A stretch of 64,000 nt of DNA, taken from Candidatus Rifleibacteriota bacterium. GTDB taxonomy: Bacteria; Muiribacteriota; Ozemobacteria; Ozemobacterales; Ozemobacteraceae. How positions within the stretch are numbered: position 1 is the stretch's first letter; each line of letters begins with the position of its first letter. Under the pieces are notes generated by a model that had not been told where the DNA came from, ran no database searches, and saw nothing but the letters and a program-made list of their open reading frames with translations. The DNA lies in contig JBMOKV010000435.1 of the NCBI GenBank assembly GCA_049325495.1, positions 12,124 to 76,123 of the forward strand, read 5' to 3'. Made by a program: the position numbers and the translations under genes. Shown here piece after piece: positions 38,147-47,073 of the stretch.

Positions 38147-41030
38147 TCGGGTTTCCCAGAAACAGAATGGTCATGTCGTCGCTGGCACCGGTATTTTCAA
38201 TCCATTTTTCATATCTGGCCTGCACGTTTTTGTAGTAGATTTCCGGGTCTTCATGCCAGCAGTCGATAAGAAGTTCTTTCAACCCGTCGAAACCAATCAT
38301 TTCTTCATTTGAATTTCGGGCTTCGACGATTCCGTCGGAATAGAGAACGAGAGTTTCGCCAGGTAGAATTTCGAATTCCATCTCGTTCAAGCGATTGTTT
38401 TTGAAAGCACCCAGGGCGGCACCCTGAATTCTCAGCTCGCGAAATCTTTTTTCAGGGCCGTTGACAATCATTACCGGTAACCCGCCGGCATTTGATATTT
38501 TGAGCTTTCCAGTAGTTAAATCCGAGAAAATATACTGGAAGGTCATAACCTTTTTCTGCTTTTTGGTTTTAGCCTCATAAATCAGCTGATGCAATCTCGA
38601 TGCAAGTTTTAATGGCTGATCGAGCAGGTCTTCTGATATGAGGATGGCAGATTTGACCATGGCCATTATCATTGCGGCTCCTACTCCATGCCCCGCCACA
38701 TCGCCAAGTAAAACGGCAAAACCTGTTTTCCCGATGGAAAAATAGTCGAGATAATCTCCACCTAAATCATTCAATGAAACACATTTTCCATACATTTTGA
38801 ATTTGCCCGTGTCAGGCAGTTTTTTGGGAAAAAGCTGCTGTTGGACGATCCCGGCTGCCCCAAGTTCTTCGAGGTCTATTATTGCTTCATTAAGAATTTT
38901 TCCCATGTAGCCGAATTCATCGTTCCCAAGAGAAGGCAGTCTATGACTGAAATCATGTTTTTTAATGGCTAAGGCCGCAGATTCAAGATGTCTGACCGGA
39001 GTTAAAAGATTGTTTGAGAATAAGGTTGCCAGGGCAAAAATTATTAACAGATCGAATAGTATCATCATCAAAAGATAATTTCGCTCGTTTTTTATCACAG
39101 TTCGAATTTCGCTGACCGGAAAAAGCGCGAGTATTCGATGATCAAGAATGATCTTGCTTTGAAAGCCTGTAGTGATCCATTCTTCGCCATTTAAAGAAAT
39201 TATTCCCGCTTCCAGAGGAGGATAATTGCTCAAGCCAAAAATCAATGGTTCAAGCTTTTGCATGTTGCTGAAAGGAAAAATCTCTTCTTCTTTCATTGGC
39301 AGGCCTTTGCCAAAAATTACCTTAAGCCCGAAATTGTTTGCCAGTCGATTGTTTTGTTGTTCGACAATGAATTTTTTTGATTTTTCGGAAGTTTTTATCT
39401 GATAAATCCCAAGGTAATCGGCTTCGTCGTTTGGTGGCACGCTCATTAAGCTGCAGATTGAAGGTTCAGAGTATTTTCCAAAGCCGAAATAGCCAATCTT
39501 GTCTATAATCTCAACTAGCATGTGAAGTGATTCGTCTATAGGTTTTTGAAATGCGATGTCTGAAACCAGCTCAATTTCGGTTAGAGTTTTCTGTGAAATG
39601 GTTGTGTTGTTCCAGAAAGAAATGAAACAGCTGCTTATTTTGCTGACAAGCTCTAGGATTTTTTTTGCATCACGATGACTCTTGTCCTGCACCTGATTAA
39701 AACTTATAAATTGCTTTTTATCCTGAAAGCCGCCATAGGAAAAACAGGGAAATGTTGAACTTGCTATAAAGTAGAAAGCCATTCCTTCATTGTTGAGCCA
39801 ATCAATAAAAGGCTTCGATGATTCAAGATTTATCCCTGTATTTGCAATTTTTTCAAGAAAAATTTCCTGCTGCTTTTTGACTTTTTCCGGGAAACTTTCA
39901 ATTTCATTTTTAAACGTATTTTCAAGCTGCTGGATGAACTGAATTGATTCGATTCTTTTCTGATCGATCAGAGTAAGTCTTTTTTGCTCAAGATACTGAT
40001 GGGAAAGGAATGACAGAATTCCAAGGGGAAGAACATTTGAAAAAGCAATGAAAAGCATGATCAATTTTTTCACTGCAATTGTTCCGGAGAGCTTTTGAAA
40101 AGAAAATTGTTTGAATAGAATCAGGATGAAAAATACATGACAGATTGCGAAAAGGAAAGGAACTTTATTCATCATTCTGCGTGAGCTTTTTTTGGCATAG
40201 ATGAACTCTGAACCATCAGAAAGTCTATTTACAAAAACCACATAATTTCCATTTTCCTGAAATTTTCCGAAACTCATTGGGTTTCTCAAATTTTGGTCGC
40301 TGATTAGTGATTCAGGAAACCGACTCATTGAATAAAACCGTCCATTAGTGGCAATTGCCCACGATTCTCCTGGCAAACCTGCTTTATCTATTCGAGTTAG
40401 AAATTCATCTTTTCCAAAATGTCTATTCAGGCTTTCGGGGTGAATCAAAATCAGAACAGAAAGAGCTGGTTTTTGATGAAACCAGATAGATGCATAATTA
40501 TTAAGAAAGTCAGTTTTTAAAAAGTGCTTTGAGTAATAAGAAATTTTGCTTAATTTAAGGTGAGGCCCAAGAACCTTACGCAGTTCAAATTCTTGACGAT
40601 AATCATCGGAACTGATTTTTCCATCAATTTTTCCTGTCAGTATTTTTCCAATTCTTTGCCAGTTGTGGTTTTGATATCTCTGGAGATTGTTACTGAGAAA
40701 AACTTCTTTTTGTGGTTCCCAGATGACAATACCAATATTCAAATTGAAATTTGAAGAAATTTCGTTGGCCTTTTGAGTGAAATCTTTGCCGTCTTTTGCT
40801 TCGTTTAAGGCATTCTTGAACTTTGTCGCCAGGAAAGAACTGACTTCAAGGAAATTAGAAGATTCTTTCAGCCAGGGAGAAATGCGATTGAACGTTTTTA
40901 TGTTTTCAAGTTCGATTGAGTTTTGTCGAAAGAAAGAAAAGGCGAAATTGAAAAACAATACTGGGGTAAAAAAGAAGATGATGAAGCCGGCGATGCTTCG
41001 GTAAAATTTCTGCAGGTCATGAGATTTCAT
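38109..41030 (-). CDS. membrane sensor - HAMP - PP2C (SpoIIE/RsbU-type) serine phosphatase
   Basis: 973 aa. N-terminal TM helix, a large extracytoplasmic region, and a second TM helix. HAMP (LTPVRHLESAALAIKKHDFSHRLP...NDEFGYMGKILNEAIIDLEE). PP2C motifs GDVAGHGVGAAM, NAGG and LYSDGIVE. Confidence 0.85.
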   Translation of the reverse strand: MKSHDLQKFYRSIAGFIIFFFTPVLFFNFAFSFFRQNSIELENIKTFNRISPWLKESSNFLEVSSFLATKFKNALNEAKDGKDFTQKANEISSNFNLNIGIVIWEPQKEVFLSNNLQRYQNHNWQRIGKILTGKIDGKISSDDYRQEFELRKVLGPHLKLSKISYYSKHFLKTDFLNNYASIWFHQKPALSVLILIHPESLNRHFGKDEFLTRIDKAGLPGESWAIATNGRFYSMSRFPESLISDQNLRNPMSFGKFQENGNYVVFVNRLSDGSEFIYAKKSSRRMMNKVPFLFAICHVFFILILFKQFSFQKLSGTIAVKKLIMLFIAFSNVLPLGILSFLSHQYLEQKRLTLIDQKRIESIQFIQQLENTFKNEIESFPEKVKKQQEIFLEKIANTGINLESSKPFIDWLNNEGMAFYFIASSTFPCFSYGGFQDKKQFISFNQVQDKSHRDAKKILELVSKISSCFISFWNNTTISQKTLTEIELVSDIAFQKPIDESLHMLVEIIDKIGYFGFGKYSEPSICSLMSVPPNDEADYLGIYQIKTSEKSKKFIVEQQNNRLANNFGLKVIFGKGLPMKEEEIFPFSNMQKLEPLIFGLSNYPPLEAGIISLNGEEWITTGFQSKIILDHRILALFPVSEIRTVIKNERNYLLMMILFDLLIIFALATLFSNNLLTPVRHLESAALAIKKHDFSHRLPSLGNDEFGYMGKILNEAIIDLEELGAAGIVQQQLFPKKLPDTGKFKMYGKCVSLNDLGGDYLDYFSIGKTGFAVLLGDVAGHGVGAAMIMAMVKSAILISEDLLDQPLKLASRLHQLIYEAKTKKQKKVMTFQYIFSDLTTGKLKISNAGGLPVMIVNGPEKRFRELRIQGAALGAFKNNRLNEMEFEILPGETLVLYSDGIVEARNSNEEMIGFDGLKELLIDCWHEDPEIYYKNVQARYEKWIENTGASDDMTILFLGNPIKTDQAAGQLPV

Positions 41031-43929
41031 TTGAATTTTTTCTCCTGACCATTACCATTGTAATATCGTCATCCTGTTCATGGCGCCAGTTTTCATAATG
41101 GGAAAAAATCTTTGAATAAAATGCTTCCAGGTCGTGGTCAAAAGATTGCTTGATCATCTTCATAAAAGCATCCAGACCCAGCATTTCATTACTGAAATTA
41201 CGGCTTTCAAAAATTCCGTCAGTAAACATCATGAGTGTTGAGCCAACGTCAAAATTAAGTCGGGTCACCTCAAAATCACGAGTTTTCGAATAGCCGAGAG
41301 GAAAAGTTTCCTGCAGTGGATTTTCAATCTCTTTGCCGTCTGGAGAAATCAGGAAAGGTGAACAGTGCCCTGCATTGATAAAATCGACCGTACCCTCCTT
41401 CAGGTCAAAGCAGAAAATTGAACAGGTTATCATGGTTCTTATGCCACTGCGCCTGATTTTATAAAATGCTTCGTTGATTCTGGCCATTATACCTGCAGGA
41501 TCTGAAGTTTCATGACGGGCCAGATTGAAGGCCGATTTCGCCATGGCCATAAAAAGCCCTGCCTGAACTCCGTGACCGGCAACATCTGCAATCATGGCGA
41601 TCAGGCGCCCATCTTCAGTAATGAAATACTCATAGTAGTCACCACCAAGTTTAGTCATTGCCACGCTTTTTCCAAAAACTTCAAAACCTGGGGCAGAATA
41701 TCGATTATCTTCTGGTAGAAGGGATTCCTGAACAACCTGAGCAATGGCAAACTCCTGAAGATTTTCCAGTGTTTGATTGAAAGTTTCGGTCAGTCTGGCT
41801 AATTCATTATTGCCATTAACCGGCATTCGGTAGGAAAATTGACTGCGCCTTATTTTCTCAACACCGGTAATTAGAATTTTTATGGGAGAAATCAATTCCT
41901 GGTTCAGTAGTATGAAAAGGCCCAGCGAAAACAATATGGATGCTGAAATAGCTACCAACAACCCATTCTCAAGATTCCGTAAATCATTTTGAATGGAACT
42001 CGTTTTAACCCGAGTGCAGATTATCGCTTTGGCAATTTTCATACAGCTTTTTCCGACTATGAGGAATTCTTCAGCATTATCCGAAAAAAGCTCTGCGTGG
42101 TTCCCGTTGGCGGATACTCTACTAAAAAAATCATTTAAGCGCCAGTCTGGAATTTTACCGTCTGAGTAAGACCCGGTTTCTGGAAAAAACATCATGACTT
42201 CGTTTTCAAGGGAGGTTTTTGGATCATTAAAATTTTCGTGAAACATATTCTGAAACCTGTTGGTATCCCAGAATAGCTGAATGAGATAGGGAAATTTTCT
42301 TGTTCTTGGGTCGAGCATGGCCAGAGAGTAGGTATAATAAACGCTTTGCCCCACTATTTCATGCCTGATTCTGGTGTTTGCGCTTTCGAATGATGAGATT
42401 GCGCTGATTGTAAGAATTTTGGGAGCCTCCATGGCCCTGAGTTCATCACCATTCAAATGCTTGAGTATTGCTTCGGAAACTGGTTTTAAAAAGGTGACTT
42501 CAGTTGCTGGATCCTGATAGTCTGGCAGACAAGTGCTTCCAGTCTTATCTGCAATATACATTCCGACAAGATTAAAATCAATTTTGATTTTCAGCATGAA
42601 ATCTTTGAGAGATTTTTTCTTTGCGTCCTTCTTCTCGTTCTGCCAGAACTCTTTTTCCATAATTTCTGTAAGCTTGGCACCTGTTGAATCCTTGAAAATT
42701 TCAAAATTCTGCTCATAGCGATCTAGAAATGCGAGAATCTCTGCTGTTTTTTCAGTCTGCAGTCTGGTTTTTTTCTGAGAAAAATACTCATAACCCGCAA
42801 CAGAAAAGATTGCAAGTGGCAGCAGCACTGTATAGACAAAAATGAAGTTAAGCTTCCAGCTGATCAGGCTAAAAGGATTGTGGTGAACAAGAAAGAAGCA
42901 GTGAAATATGAAAAGTAAAATTAGCAAAGCGGCAGCCAGACGGTAAACAATTTTTTGTGAAGTATGGGTTTTCGGTGTCCTTGAAGTTATTGCTGTGGCC
43001 CACCATTTACCGTGAAGCTTGCGAAAAGAATAAAAGAAATTCTGATCGAACAGCATTTCATCTGGAGTCATGTTTATCGATTTTTTCAAATTCAATGCAA
43101 TTTTCCTTTGAAGCGGGCTTTTAACTGACGGAAAAGTCTTTAGACTGTTTTCATCAAGAAGTGCAAATTTTGTTGTGCGATTGCTCTTAAAAGATCTTAA
43201 ACACATGGATTTCGCTCCTGCCATCGAGTTTACCGCTTTGTGGGAGATGTAAGCCATAATTGAAAATGCTTCAAAGTCTCGATACCAGCCATAGGCGCGT
43301 TTGCCATGTCCGTGCATCTGAAAACAGCCGGCTATGGGTGAAGGAATCATCGCTTTGGCTAGAGCTGATGATGGAATAAAGGGGCCAAGGAGTTGACGAA
43401 AATTGCGTATCTGTTTTTTTATTGAACTTGAAAGGTGAGGCTGATCGGGGAAACTTTCTTTTGTTAATTTAAAAATTTCTTTTAAAAAAGCGTTGAGCTT
43501 TTTGCGAAAGAACAAAAAGTCGGTGTTGTCAGAAAGCTCTTTAAGCAGATCACCTTCACTATTCCAGACGATGAATTCAAATGTGTCAGGAAATTTTTTC
43601 TTTAAAACGCCAATTTTTTTGGAAAGCTCAGAAGTTACACTTTTTTTTTCGGAACTGGCAATTGATTCAAAAGATTGTTTTAAAACTCTATCGAAGTATC
43701 TGGAGCCATCGGCGTGATTTTTCAGTCGGGTAAGAGTCCTGTCGATTCCTGATCTAAGCTTTTCGGTAATTTTTCTCTCTTTTTGTTCGAAATAGCTTTC
43801 AAGAGTAAGGTTCAGCAGAAAAAGAGGTACGACCAGAAAACACAGAAAATTTACCAGAACCCTGGTAAATTTTGAAATTTTCTGGTCGTTGAATCTAATC
43901 ATTTTTGGAAAAGGCAGATTGGGCAACAA
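41017..43929 (-). CDS. membrane sensor - HAMP - PP2C (SpoIIE/RsbU-type) serine phosphatase, paralogue of the downstream gene
   Basis: 970 aa with the same architecture. PP2C motifs ADVAGHGVQAGLFM, NAGH and FTDGIFE. Overlaps the downstream paralogue by 14 bp. Confidence 0.85.
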   Translation of the reverse strand: MLPNLPFPKMIRFNDQKISKFTRVLVNFLCFLVVPLFLLNLTLESYFEQKERKITEKLRSGIDRTLTRLKNHADGSRYFDRVLKQSFESIASSEKKSVTSELSKKIGVLKKKFPDTFEFIVWNSEGDLLKELSDNTDFLFFRKKLNAFLKEIFKLTKESFPDQPHLSSSIKKQIRNFRQLLGPFIPSSALAKAMIPSPIAGCFQMHGHGKRAYGWYRDFEAFSIMAYISHKAVNSMAGAKSMCLRSFKSNRTTKFALLDENSLKTFPSVKSPLQRKIALNLKKSINMTPDEMLFDQNFFYSFRKLHGKWWATAITSRTPKTHTSQKIVYRLAAALLILLFIFHCFFLVHHNPFSLISWKLNFIFVYTVLLPLAIFSVAGYEYFSQKKTRLQTEKTAEILAFLDRYEQNFEIFKDSTGAKLTEIMEKEFWQNEKKDAKKKSLKDFMLKIKIDFNLVGMYIADKTGSTCLPDYQDPATEVTFLKPVSEAILKHLNGDELRAMEAPKILTISAISSFESANTRIRHEIVGQSVYYTYSLAMLDPRTRKFPYLIQLFWDTNRFQNMFHENFNDPKTSLENEVMMFFPETGSYSDGKIPDWRLNDFFSRVSANGNHAELFSDNAEEFLIVGKSCMKIAKAIICTRVKTSSIQNDLRNLENGLLVAISASILFSLGLFILLNQELISPIKILITGVEKIRRSQFSYRMPVNGNNELARLTETFNQTLENLQEFAIAQVVQESLLPEDNRYSAPGFEVFGKSVAMTKLGGDYYEYFITEDGRLIAMIADVAGHGVQAGLFMAMAKSAFNLARHETSDPAGIMARINEAFYKIRRSGIRTMITCSIFCFDLKEGTVDFINAGHCSPFLISPDGKEIENPLQETFPLGYSKTRDFEVTRLNFDVGSTLMMFTDGIFESRNFSNEMLGLDAFMKMIKQSFDHDLEAFYSKIFSHYENWRHEQDDDITMVMVRRKNSNEIS

Positions 43930-43964
43930 AACTGCCCAATCTGCCTGACTTTATAAATCATTTC

Positions 43965-45767
43965 TCAGGGATTCATCTGTTCGTGATATGATTTTTTCCC
44001 TGCATTTTCCTCATCCCTGGCATCACGTTCCCGTTTCAGTTCCGCTGGCGTTTTCTTTTTGCTATCCGGTTGAGATTTTCCTTTCTGTCCGGGCAATTTT
44101 ATTCCAAGAAAATCCATGCCTTTTTTCAGACCTCCACTGTTTTGCTTAGTTGTAGAAGGTGTTTTTTTATCTGAAGAGCTGGAGCTTTCATCCTCATGCA
44201 TCCTGTCTATCTGCTCATCACGCCATTTTTTGCTTTCTTCACTTGAATAAGAGTTGCTAGAAGTGCTTACAGAAGTCTTTGCTGTCGGTGAGGTCGTAGT
44301 AGTATTGCTTTTTTCTGAACTGGTCGTTGCGGTCGAGGTAGAACCGGTGCTGCTGCTTTTGTCTCCTCCAGTTCTTCTCTTGCTCCACTCCCTGAGATTC
44401 GCCTGTTCTGCTTCCCATCTCTTTTTTTCTTCTGCGTTTCTATATGGTGGTGGCATCATTGGAGGGGGGGCATCACTCTTAACTTCTTCCTGGGTGGAGC
44501 TTTCCTCGCTCGCTGAATCAGATGATTGTGATTCTGTGGTCGAAGCTGACTCAGAAGAAGAACTGTCTGCTGCCGGCAGGGTTGATGTTGGCACAGCGTC
44601 CTGCGATTCATTTTCCCCGTATGAATATTCGTCTGTTGAGGACTGATCTTCGGAAGGCATAGAAGATTCCTGTTCTGTTCCACTTCCCAACCGTCTTCTT
44701 CCTGATGAGCCGCTGAATGAGCTGGCAGCTGGAATCAGGCTCTGATCAGAATTATATGAGCTACCATCAGAGCCCTCAAATTCTGATGAGGAGTCGCCTG
44801 TCGGTGAATCTGAGGAATTTTCCTGATCAGCCCCACCGATGGGCAGGTTGCCTTCGGCAGTTGAATCGACCGTTCCGTCGTTTTCGGTGGAGGTTTCGGC
44901 AGCTGGTTCTTCAGGTTCTTCTACGGTAACATTTTCCCTGCCGCTGTTAGAGGCTTTCTCTTCAACGATTTTGCCTTCTTCCACGGCTGTTTTCTTTGGC
45001 AGAAATTCATTGCCGCTGTTTTTCCAGGCTTCGCCTGCTTCTTTGGAATACTTGTCAAAATCTATGTCGCTCAGGCTTGAAGCTGCAGCAGCAGCTAATA
45101 CTGCTTTGGCAGCAACCTTCATAACTGCGGCAACCTTGGTAAGAACTGCTGCGACGGTTTTCAGGACTCCTCCGATGGCTGCGCAAATGCCACCCACGTA
45201 AGGTACTCCGCTGAGCCCTGAAAGGACTGCGCCAATTGCACCTAACCCCTTCGCAACTGCCTCTAAAATGACTGCTATCCCATTAATCTTTTTGCCCACG
45301 TTCGTCAGGGCTGCCTGGGCTTTTCCCTTGGCATCCGATGCCTGACTCAGATTCTGCTGCTTTCTCGCTGAATCGGAAGTCGAAACAGCGCCTTTGGTAT
45401 CTTTTGAAGCCTCGGTTGAGCCTTTGGAGCCCTGATTAACTTCGGCTTTGCCTTTTTCAAACTCGGTTTTGGCATTTTTTACTTCTTTTTCTGCCTTTTT
45501 AATCTTTTTGATAATACTCTTGGCTATGCTCATCAGACCGTCTTTAAGCCAGTTTCCTGTTTTTATGGTCCACTTGCTTGTGTCAACCGCGTTTACTTCC
45601 GATGTGCCGGACTGGGTTTCGGTGTCGGCCTGGTCAACAGCGGTCGTTTCCGTATTACTGCGGCTTTCGGTCTGGGCTATCGCCATTTCTACCATGATCG
45701 GCTGAAAAGCCAGGGTAAAAGCCAGCACCCAGCAAAGAAAAAACCTCGACATTGTTTTCCTGCTCAT
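43965..45767 (-). CDS. secreted glycine-zipper / Ser-Thr-Glu-rich low-complexity protein
   Basis: Signal peptide. Hydrophobic GxxxG-rich segment (GLGAIGAVLSGLSGVPYVGGICAAIGGVL). The C-terminal two-thirds are acidic and S/T-rich. Confidence 0.6.
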   Translation of the reverse strand: MSRKTMSRFFLCWVLAFTLAFQPIMVEMAIAQTESRSNTETTAVDQADTETQSGTSEVNAVDTSKWTIKTGNWLKDGLMSIAKSIIKKIKKAEKEVKNAKTEFEKGKAEVNQGSKGSTEASKDTKGAVSTSDSARKQQNLSQASDAKGKAQAALTNVGKKINGIAVILEAVAKGLGAIGAVLSGLSGVPYVGGICAAIGGVLKTVAAVLTKVAAVMKVAAKAVLAAAAASSLSDIDFDKYSKEAGEAWKNSGNEFLPKKTAVEEGKIVEEKASNSGRENVTVEEPEEPAAETSTENDGTVDSTAEGNLPIGGADQENSSDSPTGDSSSEFEGSDGSSYNSDQSLIPAASSFSGSSGRRRLGSGTEQESSMPSEDQSSTDEYSYGENESQDAVPTSTLPAADSSSSESASTTESQSSDSASEESSTQEEVKSDAPPPMMPPPYRNAEEKKRWEAEQANLREWSKRRTGGDKSSSTGSTSTATTSSEKSNTTTTSPTAKTSVSTSSNSYSSEESKKWRDEQIDRMHEDESSSSSDKKTPSTTKQNSGGLKKGMDFLGIKLPGQKGKSQPDSKKKTPAELKRERDARDEENAGKKSYHEQMNP

Positions 45768-45832
45768 GATCTAACCTCCTGAAAACTCTTTTCAATTTCT
45801 ATAACGTCAAAACCAGGGAAAATGTAATTTTT

Positions 45833-46543
45833 TTATTTTGGCCGATGATAACTCCTGTACTGCCAGGAATTATAATTTATAGAATCGGCGACAAACGTGC
45901 TTGACAGGCTGGTTGTCAATTCGAGTGGTTTACCGAAAGAACTGTCTTTGTATTTATTCTGGTCGAGGGTCATCTTGACCCAGATAAGGGGAAGGGCTGT
46001 ATTGGTCTGGTAAACAAAAGCAGAAAAGGAAAAGTCTTTGAAGCCGTCGAAAGTTGTGGTGTTGCTTCCTGCTTTGCGAATAAGTTTGCCCGAACTCTGG
46101 TCGAAAGTGTATTCGATTTCCTCAACCTCTGGCTTAGGGTTTTCGCTGAAGCCGGAGACCGAATATTTGAAAAAGGCGAGCTGGTTTGGTGTAACCCTGA
46201 TTTTTCTATTGGCACCCACATATTTGGCATCGATTTTCGAAATGGCAAAAGGTTTTAAAACGAAGTTTTTCAGCTCAGCCAGGCCATCGCGGCTGTCAAC
46301 GTAAGGACATGCCATGCTGTAGTCGCGGCGCAGCTGGTTGATTGCCATGTGCGCTTCCCTGAAATTTTCAAGTTCGATGAAACTGTGTTTGTATTTGAAA
46401 GCCATGTTTCCTGTAAAGCTCGATATCATGTAAAAAACCAGGCTGATAATCAAGGTTCCTACAACTGCTTCGATAAGGGTTATGCCATTTTTTTCCAGAC
46501 AGAATTTTCTCACGGCTGTGACCTCCAGTCGGTGATAAGGCAT
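45833..46543 (-). CDS. prepilin-type N-terminal cleavage/methylation domain protein (pseudopilin)
   Basis: Class-III signal KNG|ITLIEAVVGTLIISLVFY with Glu at position +5. Confidence 0.75.
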   Translation of the reverse strand: MPYHRLEVTAVRKFCLEKNGITLIEAVVGTLIISLVFYMISSFTGNMAFKYKHSFIELENFREAHMAINQLRRDYSMACPYVDSRDGLAELKNFVLKPFAISKIDAKYVGANRKIRVTPNQLAFFKYSVSGFSENPKPEVEEIEYTFDQSSGKLIRKAGSNTTTFDGFKDFSFSAFVYQTNTALPLIWVKMTLDQNKYKDSSFGKPLELTTSLSSTFVADSINYNSWQYRSYHRPK

Positions 46544-47073
46544 GCCATAACCACTTTTCTTGTCTTACTGTTCAAATCATGAATATTTTTCACTGATCTT
46601 CCATCATCCCAATAGATCGTCACTACTACTTTTTTCAGCAGCCCCGAATAGGAGGTTCCGCTTAAATCACCAACCTCGACGGTTCGATAGAAAAATGATG
46701 GATTGTATTGTTCTGAATAAGTCAGTTTATCTGCGAGGATGTCTTTGTAATAGGGATTGTCGCCGGTCATGACCGGTGCCGGGGCAAAATCTGGTTTCTC
46801 TATTAGAATGCTTCCGGAAAGTCCCTCTGCTTTCATCTTAAAATCAGTATCTACAGGAATGAGCCTTACATAGTCTATTGCTTCGTTGGCGAGTTCAACT
46901 GCCCTGAGATAGCTTATGCTCTTTACCGTATCGGTCTGTACGCCTGACATCGACATATAAACAGGGATTGCCATTATTGCAAAAACAGTTACCGCAACAA
47001 CAATTTCGGCAAATGAAACACCACGCCGGAAAAATTTGATTCCAGTAATTATTTTAAATAATAATTTAATCAT
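46510..47073 (-). CDS. prepilin-type N-terminal cleavage/methylation domain protein (pseudopilin)
   Basis: Class-III signal RRG|VSFAEIVVAVTVFAI with Glu at position +5. Overlaps the downstream pseudopilin gene. Confidence 0.75.
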   Translation of the reverse strand: MIKLLFKIITGIKFFRRGVSFAEIVVAVTVFAIMAIPVYMSMSGVQTDTVKSISYLRAVELANEAIDYVRLIPVDTDFKMKAEGLSGSILIEKPDFAPAPVMTGDNPYYKDILADKLTYSEQYNPSFFYRTVEVGDLSGTSYSGLLKKVVVTIYWDDGRSVKNIHDLNSKTRKVVMACLITDWRSQP

